Shown: positions 12,048-27,973 of the stretch, in pieces | Numbering within the stretch: the first letter of the stretch is position 1 | Layout: the number at the start of each line of letters is the position of its first letter | From: Azolla caroliniana | Taxonomy: Eukaryota; Plantae; Polypodiophyta | Assembly (NCBI GenBank): GCA_043228905.1 | Contig: JBHGNT010000006.1 | Location: forward strand, 5,208,001 to 5,272,000 | Direction: 5' to 3' | Length of the DNA: 64,000 nucleotides | Translations under genes and position numbers: made by a program | Notes under the pieces: model-generated | Seen by the model: the letters and a program-made list of their open reading frames with translations, nothing else | Database searches by the model: none | What the model was told of the DNA's origin: nothing

Positions 12048-15000
12048 CTACAGTGTGCCCAAAGAAGGTGGAGGATTCATCCCTCCTTGAGTATTATTTG
12101 TATAGCTCAGAATATTTGTCTGTGAGTTAAATTTATCAACCCTGCAATGATATCAAATGATGATAAAATACTATAAAAATATGTTCCATGATATTTAAAA
12201 ATCATCATTTTGGGACAAAATAAAAAACAGAACACTTCACAACATCAGATTTATTTTTTCTAAAATGAAGCCTAGTGTAACTTACACGTGGTAACTTAGG
12301 GCCGACATTCGGTATAGACTTGCAAAAACAAGAAGGTGAAGCCCAATGGAATAAAAGAAGACAAACGTTCGAGCATATCTGAAAACACATCAGAGTGGAG
12401 GGTGGAGAGTGATTAAGAAATTGTCCCTAATGATCTCTGCAATGATATTCTCAAGAGGGAATAGAACATCTAATATTTTTAGCTTACTTGTTCCCTAGAA
12501 GAAATCGACCACTTGTCAAGGTGATCTTATCTCTTAAGCCTAGCTCTTTGTACCTACGTTCCTTCTCCTGAAAACGAAAAAAATAGGCCTTTGATATTTG
12601 ATTTGGTGCTGTAAAACATTGCAAAGATAATTTGATCAGTCTCATCTACTTTACCTTTTTTGAAAACGCCACAAATGGATTTATGTCATCTTCATACATC
12701 TTTCGGTACTTCGACTCAACATCTGAGCTAAAACCTGTTTCTACATCCTCACCACGCTGAGGAAACAATAATGTTAACTCTTTTATGGAGAAAAAAATAG
12801 AACATGTGACCTTTGAAATTAACACTTCAAGACCTTCTTCGATCCTCTTGAGAATGGACGGTCTTGAGTGTAGTCTTGTATATACCGAATCTTCTCATAA
12901 AGTTTCACATTGTCTGCCTTACATTTCTCTAGTTCTACGACAAGAGACTTGTTCTTATCTTGCAGGTGCCTCAACTCCTATAGGGTTCAGCAAACATGAG
13001 AGAATACACAAAATTATATTCAGGAAATACCTCTTAACAAGCAAAGGTAAGAAAGCTTTACCTCCTCTGTGTCCCTTAGGCGTTGTCGAAACCTGTCCCT
13101 CTGATTGCAGATCACTTGAAGCATTGAGGTCTGTTCTTCACCCTCCTTCCCTTGCTTCAATCCACCCTGTTTACATCATCATAAAAATATAGCTCTAAAA
13201 ACTGTTGCTTACTGTCAAACCACATGTTCCCTTGAGTTTCATGCATATAATTAAATGAAATAAGAAAATCTAAGATAAAAACCTCAATAATGTCTGTTAT
13301 TCCCAATCCTGGAAGATCCCAATCATCCACCTTGCTGGCTCGCTTGTCTATAGAATTAGAGCCCTGAAGTAAAATCCATGATGTGCTGATTTATTTCAGT
13401 AACTTAAGAGTTACAGTGACAAAATCCATTTCATCTCCCTTATTTTTATTTTGGCAGGGTGTCTGAGAGGATCACGTACCATAAGAATATCTTCTTCGAG
13501 TTTCGCTATGAGTTGCTGCTGCTGCTCAAGTTTAATTTCTAACTCTTTAGCATTGGCTTTGGATAGTTCTATGACATTTATCTTCTCTGCCAATTGTACC
13601 TATTAACAAAACAAAATGCCAATTTACAAAATGTATCATTCACAAGAAATTCTATGAGATTGGCGTAGGTGTTTCTACCTTTAACTGAGTTAGCTCATGC
13701 TCCATTTTCCGGTTTTTGTCAAGCAGTAATGCTTCAAGCTTACTCATATCTTGCGCTGTAGCTGCCAATTCCCAGTCTTCAGCTTCAATGGAATTATAAC
13801 CAACAGCCTAGACAAATTCAACATAAATAGCACTTCAACTTTGAACATGAGCTTAATATATATTGCTAAACTTCCTCCTACAAAATTTAGTATAATTCTC
13901 ATGCACATTTCTATTGAAACTTTTTCTCATATGAAAGTTTACGAGGTGAAATTTTATATTGTGAACCTTCTAGTCTTCTGCTACAAAACATTACATAGGA
14001 TGATTTTTTAGGGTTACGGACAATTAAAAAACATTTAGGGCACAAGGTGACATACATTAAGAGAACATTTTCATATGAAAGCTTAGCACAATATTATTTT
14101 ATTTTATAATAATAATGAATATTTAATACCTGTAAAATCTTCACTTGTTTCCGAAGATCTTCCATTTGCTTAATTGTTGGCCTTTGCTCTAAGTTTTGTT
14201 GTAGCTCGTCTATATTCGACATCTGTAAGAACATGATAAGCTAAGGAAAATGCCAAATACATAGAGCAACACGATCATATTCATTAAATATTCACACAAC
14301 ATCGAGGAAGGTATAGGCCATTCCCCCTCATTCTCAATCTCATGAAAAATGTAAAATTTGAGGATATTACCTTCTCATTCATCAATGTGTTTAACTTTTT
14401 AAGCTCCGAGATATGCTGTTCACGCTCTACTGATAATTGACTTTCAAGGGTATGCAGTTCAGCATGCAATTCGGCTATGATTCTCTCCTTCTCTATCAGC
14501 GATGCTTCCAAATTGCTGCTTGAACTGATGTCTGACCTGTTGTTCCCAAATTCACATATTGAAATACCACAATATATGAAAAGGGTGATGGTTAGGAAAG
14601 AGAAATAGGAACATGAGTGACCTCTCTTGCATGTGGTTTTCCTGACCATGAGCAGCCTGAAGTTGAGATCTCAAATGATCCTGCATTGAAGAGTGCCAGA
14701 AGCTAATTCAAGCAAAGCATAGGACAGATGAACTTCATAAATGCAGGAAGAAAATGAGCACCTTCTCCCTTTCAAGGCTTAGTAATCTACTTTGTGCTCG
14801 CTCAACTTCATCTGTCAGCAAATTAAGTTCTGATTGTTTCGCTGCCCTTTCTTCTTCAGTCTGAGTTCGAAATTCGAACAATTGGCTCTGGCCATAGTCA
14901 TGAAGTCGCTGCATGTTCTGCACCGTCTCCTTAGCTGCTCGCAGTTGGTCTTGTAGAGATTGTTCTCTATACATTATGGAAGCTAAACACTCCGTTCTAC

Positions 15001-18000
15001 ACGATATATTAAATTTCTAAATTGGAAAGCATATTCTAAACGCAAACCTGTCCTTCAAAACCTCCAACATTTTCTGGTTCTCTTCAGCTAAACTCCTCTT
15101 GTTCATTTCAACTATTTCCTTAATTTTCTCTTCCATCTACAACAAACATCAAACCTTCTCAAGATAATAGCACCTAATACAACCTTATAGCATCTACATT
15201 GACAATTGAAATCACCTGTTGCTCCAGTTGTCGATTACGCTCTTCCAGCCTCCTAACTGTTGCTTGCTGGTTTCTAAGATGCGCAGATTCTGCTCGATAT
15301 TCTTCCAGTTCATGTTTCATCTTCCGGTTCTCTGACTCTAACTCTGCCACCTTTGCAGACAGCTCCTGAAATAGTAATGAAAAAGTGCTGGATACCAATT
15401 AGAGACAAGTATACAATTGTGAAGAGAAAGAAATTAAAAACAGTAACTCAAACCTGAGAAAAATGAACTTCAAAAATCAAAGTTTCATCAGAAAAAACAG
15501 CAAGCAAAGACAGAATCATGAAATAGAATCGGCATTTGATTGCCCAGCTCATAAGTTCAAGACTACGAATGCATTACTCCTCCATTGCTACACTAAGAAC
15601 AGTGACAGTTTAGAATCCTAAATCACCCAATAATATTTTCCATGCATAATGAAATAAAATGCGTTTCAGCTTCAATTGAAGAATTAAAATACACAAACAA
15701 GGATATAAATGTTATGTTTTGAAAGATTTTCTTCTTTAAACCTCTTAACTTAATATGGCTGATATTCCCCACAACACACACACATGTATAGGTATGTCTG
15801 CACACATATATACACCTAAACACATGTCATATATAGACCACATGAGAGCAGAGAGATGCAATATATGATTCAACATACCGTAGCTGATGCAAGTGCTGGA
15901 ACAGGATCTGGAGCTTCATAAAGTTTTTGGTAGATAGTCAGAAAAGCATTCTCGCCAAATTTGGCTCGTTTAGTTAGATTATCTACTTCCTCCTGATATC
16001 CTTTGAGCAAAGATGAAAACAACTTTTGTTTGTCTTCAGACGATGCCTTCTTGAAATCTGTAAAACCAACATTCTCTCAGAAATACTACGTCTAAAGGTT
16101 AAGTTAATATAAACTGAAGAGAATAGGAAGAAGACAATACCTCGGGTGCTTTCAGCAAGTTTTCTCCTGTTTTTCAGACTTGACTCTTGACTTTCTCCAA
16201 TCTGTAAACCTTGTTCATCTAGCTTGCTACGCTCACTATCAAGATCAAAATCTGCACGGCAGATGAATGTCAGAAATACATCACATAAACCAATTAGAAT
16301 ATACTCCTAGGAATGATTTATCATAGATGTTTCGGGACCTCGAGCATTAACTCGGTAGACAAAGAATCCAGAATTTGATAGAAACAAAGTAAATCTAATC
16401 TCTGTTTGCTCAACTCTAGAGAAACCAAAACAGCTTGCTATTGATCTAATTCTAAGGTGTGCTCCTAATCAAGGACCTTATCATGTCAGTACAGTAAACC
16501 AAGTCTCAATTATAAGCAAGCGTTCACAAAATAGTTTATTTTGGATTGTATGATTTTATGGTTACACACGTTGGCTTTGATTGATGGTCCTGTAACATTC
16601 AAAGAATGATAAACAACTGAGTTTTTTTTGCTTTGAAATTTTGCGAGCACATTCTTTGATCACATTGTTATTTTCCCCAAATTGGAGGAAGCGCATCAAC
16701 AACATTTCAAGAACTCTACAAACACCAATTGGTGGTAAATAATGAGAGAAGAAATTACTTCTAGAAGAGATAAACTTCTTGTGTCAAAGGGTAAGGATGA
16801 AACCTGCCACAATAGTAACAATACGGTTATATGTTTACAGCAGTGAACGTGATGTTTATAGCTTACAATAATGGGATTGCATTCCTACCACAGGAGGTGT
16901 GTCATGTGCGTTTCGTAGACCGCATCAGGTTTACAAGTATGAACTAAAGAGAAAAATGACTTTTACATGAACCCTACAGAGATGGCAACCTAAAGTTGAT
17001 CAAAGCAAAGTAGCATACTGGAAACTGTTACCAAAATATCAATAAAGCTATGTGAAGATCACAAAGGCAAGAGAATGTTCCATATCATCATAGAAGAGAG
17101 GTTTTTGTTGATTGCTTCTTAATTTTCAAAGGAACAGCTAAAAAGATGGAAGGCAAGGATATGCACTGATTTACCCTTTCAAAAGTAATTGATCAAATCA
17201 ATGATGTATTAGTTTAAATGTGATCATTGGAAATTTCGTAATGCCTTTCATATAAACTTTCTCAGTCTTTCAAAGGGAATATACTTTCAGTTTTTATGTA
17301 ATGAGACTACTTAATTATGTCATTGACGTCCATGTCATGGAATAACACAAACTGCAATACATTGCATAGGATACTCAAGTGAGGCCACACAATAACTACA
17401 AGACTAAGATATTACAACCCGTAAAAAGCAGTCCACTACAGCCAAAATATAAATAATTAGAATGGTAAAACCCTCCCCACACACACAAAAGGAGCGGTCT
17501 AAAGAGTTAAAGACAAGTATTGAAACATACAAACTAAGAAAATCAGCTGTCTGCACATAACAATCAAGCACAAGAACATGCCTCGCCTGGATGATGGTGT
17601 TCATTCCGATAAAAAATATAAGAATGGGACTTGGAACTCTTCTCTTAGAAGATATCGAACACAAGTAAATTGATCGATTACATAAGGATACTCCAGTTCT
17701 AAAGTACTCATTCTAGTTTGACACCTCTAATACTATAGTTGGAAACATACCATTATATAAAATCCTTTGTTCTAACCTAATACAATTATTTTCATTTCAC
17801 AAAGTTCAATTAGCAGTTCGACCAATAATGTTCCTTGTCAATCTCTTTCTTCATGAAGCTCAATGAGAACAATATGAACCAATAGTGTGCCTTGTCAAAC
17901 TAATCATTAATCTGCTGCCAATGCGAACCTGAGCTGATTGAATTTGGATGGGCCACATGCTATTGTAGAAACATCAATAATTCAATCCTCGTAAGCCTAG

Positions 18001-18395
18001 AGCTTAGAAACACATCTGTAAGTAGGAGAGGGAATGAACTCTTATTGTTGTGAAGCTGTGCACTTGAAGATGTAAAGTAATACATTGAGAAAAATAGTGT
18101 GACCCCAGTATATCCCAAAAAATTAGGTAAACACAAAATCTTTTGCAAGCCTTTGGTTTCATGAAGATCACATTTGTGCCAGGAGATACTATCATGACAT
18201 ATATACACACATATATGTATGCATATATGTGTGTGTATGTATGTATTATTACATACAGCCATATGCACATACATATACATACATGTAGACTCACAATATA
18301 CGCACTCACACATACATACACAAACATTGACCTCAATATATAAATATACATTTTTTCCATTCATACACACATCGCAGATATCTATAGAAAGATAA

Positions 18396-18445
<50 letters not shown>

Positions 18446-18701
18446 GGTTATGTTCCTTTCGAGTCTAGTAGAAATTGGAAGGATGGATCGTAGAAATGGC
18501 AAGCAGCAGGAATTTGTGAGTAATCAGGAGTGGCAAATTCCCTTTTCATTTAGTCGAGACACGAATCATACCTTTCCAGTAATTGAAAACAAGGGCGATG
18601 GAGGACGCAGGGCTGAAACCGAGGGCTCCAACCTTCACCTTCAACTCTTTCTCTTTCTCTTTCTCTGGCTCTGATCGATCCAAACCCATTGTCTCCTCCA
18701 T
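12048..18701 (-). CDS. CASP: Golgin CASP (CUX1/CASP family coiled-coil tail-anchored Golgi protein), multi-exon
   Basis: Exon 1 18701-18572 (MEETMGLDRSEPEKEKE...NYWK). Exon 2 16251-16141 (DFDLDSERSKLDEQGLQIGESQESSLKNRRKLAESTR). Later exons give GYQEEVDNLTKRAKFGENAFLTIYQKLYEAPDP, coiled-coil segments, KADNVKLYEKIRYIQDY and the TM segment YARTFVFFYSIGLHLLVFASLYRMS. The last exon ends with TAG at 12050-12048. Confidence 0.93.
18397..18445. repeat. (TAGA)n microsatellite in CASP intron 1
   Basis: Perfect tetranucleotide run. Confidence 0.95.
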
Positions 18702-18939
18702 GATGTTCCTGTTGAAGGATCGAGGGAGATCGGGAGCAGGGATGAGAAAAAATAACCCTGACTACAGAGTTCCGATGATCCGAACAGGGAAAAGATCAGA
18801 TTCATTACTAATGCTGCATGTTAGATACATATACATGCATGCATACATGTATACATGTATACATGTATGTAGTATGGATGTAGTATGGATGTACATGCAT
18901 GCATACATGTAATGATGTATGTAGTATGTATGTATGCGT

Positions 18940-19550
18940 TGGAAAAATACTCCTATATGTGTCCGGAGACACTAGCTCTTGGTACATGAGTGTAGTGAGT
19001 TGGTTACTTGCAAATGGTATAGACGTTAATAACCTGTCTCCCCTTAAGTACAACCATGGGACTGATCAAACTTTAATCTCTCGCGAAGATCGTAATAAAG
19101 TAATGCGCCAAGAAATATGGCAAATTTACACCCGATTTAAATGGATCACCCCACAAGAGTCATTCCCATCTAAAATGTTGTATTATAAGGAACACTTCTT
19201 TCACTTCTCTAAGTTAGGTTTTATTACACGACCAAAATATCTAGATACATTCTTATCAATTTCACTAAGGGTGGCCATTGGACAACTTAGGATATCATCT
19301 CACCAACTTGAGATTGAGAATGGTCATACTAATAGAGTCCCTGGAGAGGAAAGGATATGTAGATTATGTCACATAGAGATAGAGGATGAGTATCACTTAC
19401 GTGCAAGTGTCCGGCTTGTACCAAAATAAGGGCGAAATACCAAGACATACTAGGACTCTCTCCCACCCTCTCCAGACTATTAGATACCTCGGATATAAAG
19501 AGACTAGGTAGGTATATCTTAGAGCTAACCCAACATAGGGAGAATAAATA
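18940..19550 (+). mobile_element. 3' fragment of a non-LTR retrotransposon (RTE-X-like C-terminal Cys/His domain)
   Basis: ORF 18899-19429 ends AIGQLRISSHQLEIENGHTNRVPGEERICRLCHIEIEDEYHL and frameshifts into CKCPAC..IRAKY. It is preceded by TATG/CATG microsatellite DNA. Confidence 0.8.
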
Positions 19551-21169
19551 AAAAAGTGCTAACCATAACCCTTTTAGTATTCACCAACATGTAACTAATG
19601 TAATTGTAGATATACATATACTTCCACACCCTCTTGGGCACATACATTCTTGGAGGCACTCTCTTATTCTTATACAATAACTAAACAAATGTTTACACAC
19701 AATTGTGCACATCCACGCACATATGTCGACTGGCAAACAACGAAGTGTTCTTACGCATCAAGAAAGGGATTTGCCAAGTGCGTGTTTACATGTTTTCATG
19801 TATGTTGAACTTCAACAATTTTTTTGAAGAACGTCATCCTCTAGTCCGTCTTCTCTAGTTCGAGGCCCTCGTGGTTGCTCACAATTTCATATGCATGCAT
19901 AGATCTCTATGAGAACATGATAGCGACTTGTTGTTCACGGTGTAACATATTAACACAGTGTAACATATTTAAGTGGTACTTACACAATTGTCATGCATGC
20001 ATTCAACAAAACCTCTTTTAACTTTAAGAAAATATTTTGTTGTTACATTAGGTAGCACACCCACACGGTGTTTATGCATGCCATTTTGTCATCGTTTATA
20101 GTTTCACATGTTTTACCTTATCTATTTTCAAAGAACTCAGATTGTATGGGTGCATTCATGCTTCGTGAGATGCAACATTGCCATTGTGGTTCGTTGGTGG
20201 AATTAAATTCGTATTGAATGAAGGAAACATAATATATAAATCATCCCAAATTTATCACTTTTTACTAGACCTAATATCGTAAACTAAAGGAAGGGACATG
20301 TGTTGGTTAGTAGTGAGGTCATGAAGAAAAGTTTTTGAGATCCCACACAACGAATCACTCTATTCAAGTTCAATTGCCTAGAGTAAATTTTTTGGATACA
20401 ATAGAATCCATGCTAAGTTACAAATCAAATCTAAAATGATTATAAATAGACAATTGAAATCAAACCTATGATCTTCATGTATGTATCAAGTTTTGCATGA
20501 ATATGGAGAATGCTTAAACTAAAAGTGTTATCGTGAGCTTTATTATGACAATTGAAAATTCAAGGAACAAGGAGAAGAAGAAAATTAGGCCTAACGGTAT
20601 ATAAGAGTGATTTTATCATTTAAGGGTTTGTAATGAAGACCTCTTTTTTGGCTCTTGAATGTCTCATTGTTGACACTCGTCGATTTATAAAGATTGTTCC
20701 AATATGGGGAAAAAGGTTGTCAAAGAAAGCTAAACTAATAAGTTTAAGATTTACACACCACACTCAATATACCATTTAAATGGTCAACTTGGCCCTTGTA
20801 TTAACCTCAGTAGGAATGAACAAATATTTTGACGGTAGTATGAAACAAGCATAGTGAATTTGCAATATGGGAAAGTTATGGAAGACCATACAGTTGATCC
20901 CACTGTGTTGATTGACAATGGCTATTTTGTTATACTATTGAGAAAAACGAGGAAATTAATTGGTAGAGTTATAAATGTTTTACCATCAACTCGTTTGATT
21001 TACAAAGTTCATCAAGCAATCCATTTTTTGAAATGGTTATAAGGCCTAGTAATTCGCCCGGTGGTTGTCCGGGCACATGGACAGACCCGCGATTGTTATC
21101 TTTCAACCGGGAGAACCCCCCACCCTAATGTAATTCGAGAGTAGAAAGCGTTGAATGAAGGAGTTCTCT

Positions 21170-22911
<1,742 letters not shown>

Positions 22912-23177
22912 AGTCAAATGTCTTTTTATGTTAAGTTCTCCTAGTAATGCTTTTCATGTTGGGACTATGAAAATCTTGTTTGGAAATACTTTGCTACTGG
23001 CTAAATTGTAGTAGTGCTGCTTTTCTCTGCTACATGGAATAATATAATACACTTTTGACATCGTTCTGTTCTGATTATCATAACTTAATTAAGTTTGGAT
23101 TTGTGCTTTTATCATTTGTGTACTTTTTTGAGGCATTGAAATTCTGCAAATGTCGTCACTAAAAGAAAGTTGGCCAT

Positions 23178-23317
23178 AATCCATTGATGATATCTATACT
23201 ATAGTTTTAATTGTCACTAATCCATTGATGATATCTAATACTATAATTTTAATTGTCACTAATCCATTGATGATATCTAATACTATAATTTTAATTGTCA
23301 CTAATCCATTAATGATA
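23178..23317. repeat. 42-bp tandem repeat x3.3
   Basis: AATCCATTGATGATATCTAATACTATAATTTTAATTGTCACT units at 23178, 23219 and 23261, partial at 23303. Confidence 0.95.
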
Positions 23318-26300
23318 CCGTTTTTGTTACATCGCTTGCTAATTCATACATCTTAGTCATCGAAAAGGAAAGTGTACTTGGGTTTGATCATTGTGCCTTT
23401 ATGGGGTTTATTTGTTCTGGAATTGCATTGCCAAAATATGGTATCTATGTAGTTGTTATTGTTTGTTCTTCGTGCACTTTTCATTTGGATTTGAAATTGG
23501 CAATCGGACAGGCAGAATCTTTGTCAGATTAGTGATTCAAATTTAGGTTCATCTTGTGCAACAAAACAGCAATATTCAATATATTGATCATAATGGTATT
23601 ATATAGTATATTAGATAGGAGCCATTACAACAGCCAGCTTTTGCATCAACTTCTCTTTCTATTAAGCATTCTTTCTGTCACACCCTTTACATAAACCCTG
23701 TTCATAAACCCTTTCTATTAAGCTATTGACTAGAAGTGTGTCAACATCGTGCCATTGTCCATACGCTGGAGCATTTGGTATGTTATCTTATTATATACCA
23801 AATGCCCATCCGTTGTATGTAGAATAAATCCAAATCTATTAGCTACATCTTATAGAAGAAGAAAATAAAAAACTACCTTCATAAAGTTTTGCTTTATTGG
23901 GCCTAGCATGTAAAGAGTTGGGGTTTTTACTTAATTTTCCATGAGAATACATGTTTCTTGATCTTGTTAACATAGATTACTTTAATCTTGAAAGCCTTCC
24001 AATAGTTTTTCTTGAAGAGCTCATAGAGGCCTTAATGAACATCAAACTTCATAATATGTCTATGATTTTTGGAAACAACATATTTCTAGGTCAAATAATA
24101 GTTTATGGTTAGACAATTTGTCGCAAACAAATTAGTTTTTGCCAATTAAATCTTGATGCTTTATATTTTATGGAAGGAATGGAAGGATTATCTTTCACAT
24201 AGTTTGTTAATTAATGTGCATTCGTGTTGATTTAAGAATGGGATGCTTATCTTTCACAATCTTCATCAATTACTTATGATAGGTTCATGTTGACTTACAG
24301 CTTTTAACCACATGCATCTATCTTGATGTCTTTCCATTGGGATCATCAAACCACTCTTGTAATTTCTTTATCAGGAGAATGCTATTGACATGCTCAAATT
24401 CATGTGTCTTTGCATTGACATGGTCAAATTCGCGTGTCTTTGCATTGTCAAGATCACTCACTTATTTTTTTCTACCCATATTTGTACATGGTTTGTGAAT
24501 CAAGCTAGTTGTCTAGTGGCCAGCAAATGGAACTATATTACATGGAATATAAGATTGTGTATGCTTTTGCATTATCCTCTAGTTATACATATTCATTTCA
24601 ATGACTTTTTATTACAAATGTCACATGAAACTACAATAGCATACAAGTGATGACAATGGAGACCAAATAGTTATATGTTTGATATGTTTTAGAATTAGTT
24701 GGCATTGATGCATACATGTTTGGGCTATGAATTTCATTATTGCTAGGAAATAACATAATTTAACACTGGATTAATCAATCATAGATGGACAAACTCTAAA
24801 TTCACGAGCCTCATTAACTACCTAGACTCCTGGATGCTCATATATTGTTATCTACCTTGTATCTTGGGTTTGGTTTGAGCACAATATGAATGATGGAAAT
24901 GTAGTCAACAAAATCTATGAAGGTGACCCATATACATTAGAGAATGTGTCAATTTATTTATTATAGTAACACATATTATTCATGGAGAACCTCAAGACAA
25001 GGTTAAAGCCCACAAAATATTCTAATGTACAAAGTTCCACTCAAAAGCATTGAAAGAAAATTTCAAAATTGTCAATAGAAATGCCATGTAACTAGAGACA
25101 ATCATACAATCGTTGCCTCAAAGAGTGTTTGAAGAAACAACCATGAAAAATGGCTTGATGGAGATTGTGGAGTTGAGTGATAAAACTGAAGTAAGCAATG
25201 CCATGAGAATAGTCTTTCGTTTAACAAGGTAGTGTGCAAAATTATGCATCGCTAGGCGACTCTCAGAATGAAACCAAATATTCAAAAATACTTATCAAAA
25301 TGGAGTATTAGAAACAATGAGAAAGATGTTGTGAGTAATAAAACTGAAGTAAGCAATGCCATGAGAATAGTAGAGCTACGAGCAGTCTTTTGTGAGCGCA
25401 ACATCGGCACAAGGGAGTGTCATCAATCTTGGTTAACCACTAACTGAACACAGATTCATGGGTCACTTACCACCGGTTCACTCGTCAGAACCTCAAGTTC
25501 GTCTTCGAAGATAAAGAGCGCAGATTGGCCAAAAGGAAAGTAAGCAACAATAGTCTTTCGTTTAACAGCAAGGTAGTGTGCAAAATTATAGCGAACCACA
25601 ATATTGTGACTTATTTATCCATTGGTGATCATCATATTGCTTTATCCAAGGAGTGGGACAAAGCAACATATGTACCTTGCTTGCTCTATCCATGGGTACA
25701 TATTTAGAGACAACAACCAATTCCAATATTGCAACCTATTTTGGGTCTCTAGTAGTGGAAAATGCGCCTAACCATGGTCCAAATCCTCTATTTTATGCCA
25801 TATATCTCTTTGGGAGATAGACACAATTTGCACCAATTATCACCCTTCATAGATGACATCAAATAGCCATAGGTTGTTGTTAGGTGCTTAATGTGATAAA
25901 CACCCTTTTTAGAAATGAAGATCATCTAGGTTATACATTGACTAATGCAAAGCACAACAAAGGACAAATATGAGGTTCACAAGAGCAATTTACCATTGAT
26001 ATGTGATAACCCTAAAGCTATGTATCCACACAACATTCATCCATTATTGTGGTCTAGCTAACATGCCTACTCTAAACCATCTAAGATAGTGGAGTAATTT
26101 GGTCGCTCCTAACGATAATAACCAAAAGTCACCAGGTTAAAGCCATATGTATATCACTTCATCTACACAAAACACATGATGCATCCATACCCCCTCAAAT
26201 GCTACATGCTCGACAATCCATGAGTACATACTGTGGAGAAGGACTCGGTCAACGATCAAATTGCATGGTAGGGCCAAGCTCCGAGTTTATGAATCCTATT

Positions 26301-26512
26301 ATACTATATAAGACGAGACAATGGAAGGCCGAGAGAGGTCACGTTGTTGTCCGCTCTCATTCCACTAGGGAGTGTACCATGGTTTTGGACACGTGAAACA
26401 AATACACATATATGTATTATGTACATTGTACATACAATACCTAGTCAATGAAGGAAGCATTGGTAAAATGGCAGGAAGCTAACTCTCTCATATCTTTCTC
26501 TGCACATGAATC

Positions 26513-27973
26513 ATGATGGTGGATGAAGAAGAAGAAGAAGCAGAGGAAAGAGAAGAAGAAGAGATGGTGGAGACGTTATTTTCACCCCCCTCTCCGTTAA
26601 TGGAAGCCACCATTCCTGCATCTGTTGTCGACTCCCTCCCAACCATTTCGAAACGCCAGAGACGCCCAAATGTCCGATTGAACGAGATTGGGGTATATAC
26701 TGCTCCTCATATCAATCCTTCTTCGAACGACTGTTTCCTCAAAAGGAAAGGAGCAGAAGCCTTTAAATTGGTCCCCTCTGTTGTTCTCCTGCCTCCTCCT
26801 TCTCCGTCATCGTCATCAGGTGAAAGACTCAAACACATCCCTAAATCGATTAATAAACGTGGTAAAGATGGTGATTTTGATGAAAATGATGATGATTCCT
26901 TCTCCAAATTAGCCCTCGTTGATAAAATTGGAGGTAAGAAAGTATCCAAGAGAGCCTATATCAGCAAGGGCAACTTCTCTAAGCGGCATCAAACAACACA
27001 CCCTCATTCTGATGACTTTAACCATCTCCCCCATGAAGAAAACCATCGCCCAGTTCATTTGATTGAAGAAAAGAGTCACCCTTATGAGTTTAATCATCAT
27101 CAGTGTGAAGATAACCGTTATCCACTTGATGATTGCGAAGATAATCTTCACCCAAATGAGTTTAATGATCGATCACTTCATCATTCTCAAGAAAATCACA
27201 GCCATAGATTGATGTATTGTAAGAACATGTCCGGAGTCACAGATGGTTTCTTAGAAGCTGCTGATGGTGCTTGCTCTGGCACTGAGAAAGGAACTATTAG
27301 AAGTCAACTCACAATGTCCAATCATGATGATATCCAGCCAGTTGGATTGAGCTTCAAGAAGGACTCTCTCAAGGTTTTGGATGGACAAATCCCATCCACA
27401 AAGTTGATGAAGAGCAAGACAAAGATCAATCCCAAGGCCAGGACTAAGCCCAATGCCAACATAAAGACCAAGACAAATGTCAAGACCAAGACCATTGCCA
27501 ATGCCAATGCCAATGCCAATGCCAACATAAAGACCAAGTCAAATGCCAAGACCAAGACCATTGCCAGTGCCAAGACCATGACTGTGATCAAGACTAGGAA
27601 TAGAAGCGGTCATGTCCCAAAGGATATCATACAATCCCCACCTAAAGATGAAATTGAAGAGAGGGAGGAACCCTCTCGTAGTGATGTTCACGAACGACAA
27701 ATCTTGCAACATCCCTCTATATATCTTGTGCCGCCACCGCCCCTTGATGATAAGGTGAGAGATTGGTTGAAAAAAATTGGACTCGAGAAATACTCTTCAG
27801 TATTTCAGCACCATGAAGTCACAAATGATGTCTTTCCTCTTTTAACCATGGACGACCTTAAGGAGATGGGTGTAAGTGCCATTGGATCCCGGCGTAAGCT
27901 TTTCTCTGAAATCACGAAGCTCCGGCAACCTCTTAGAATGCTTGTGGATGAATCTTTGTCTGATGGAAAGTGA
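26513..27973 (+). CDS. Intronless plant SAM (sterile alpha motif) domain protein
   Basis: 486-aa ORF with an N-terminal SKRQRRPNVRLNEIG motif and a C-terminal SAM domain (VRDWLKKIGLEKYSSVFQHHEVTNDVFPLLTMDDLKEMGVSAIGSRRKLFSEITKL), as in plant SAM-only proteins. Confidence 0.9.
   Translation: MMVDEEEEEAEEREEEEMVETLFSPPSPLMEATIPASVVDSLPTISKRQRRPNVRLNEIGVYTAPHINPSSNDCFLKRKGAEAFKLVPSVVLLPPPSPSSSSGERLKHIPKSINKRGKDGDFDENDDDSFSKLALVDKIGGKKVSKRAYISKGNFSKRHQTTHPHSDDFNHLPHEENHRPVHLIEEKSHPYEFNHHQCEDNRYPLDDCEDNLHPNEFNDRSLHHSQENHSHRLMYCKNMSGVTDGFLEAADGACSGTEKGTIRSQLTMSNHDDIQPVGLSFKKDSLKVLDGQIPSTKLMKSKTKINPKARTKPNANIKTKTNVKTKTIANANANANANIKTKSNAKTKTIASAKTMTVIKTRNRSGHVPKDIIQSPPKDEIEEREEPSRSDVHERQILQHPSIYLVPPPPLDDKVRDWLKKIGLEKYSSVFQHHEVTNDVFPLLTMDDLKEMGVSAIGSRRKLFSEITKLRQPLRMLVDESLSDGK

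Noticed and set aside
27322-27591. Hydrophobic antisense ORF (VLALALAL) resembling a membrane protein
   Set aside because: It is simply the reverse complement of the AAGACC/AATGCC repeats in the SAM gene.
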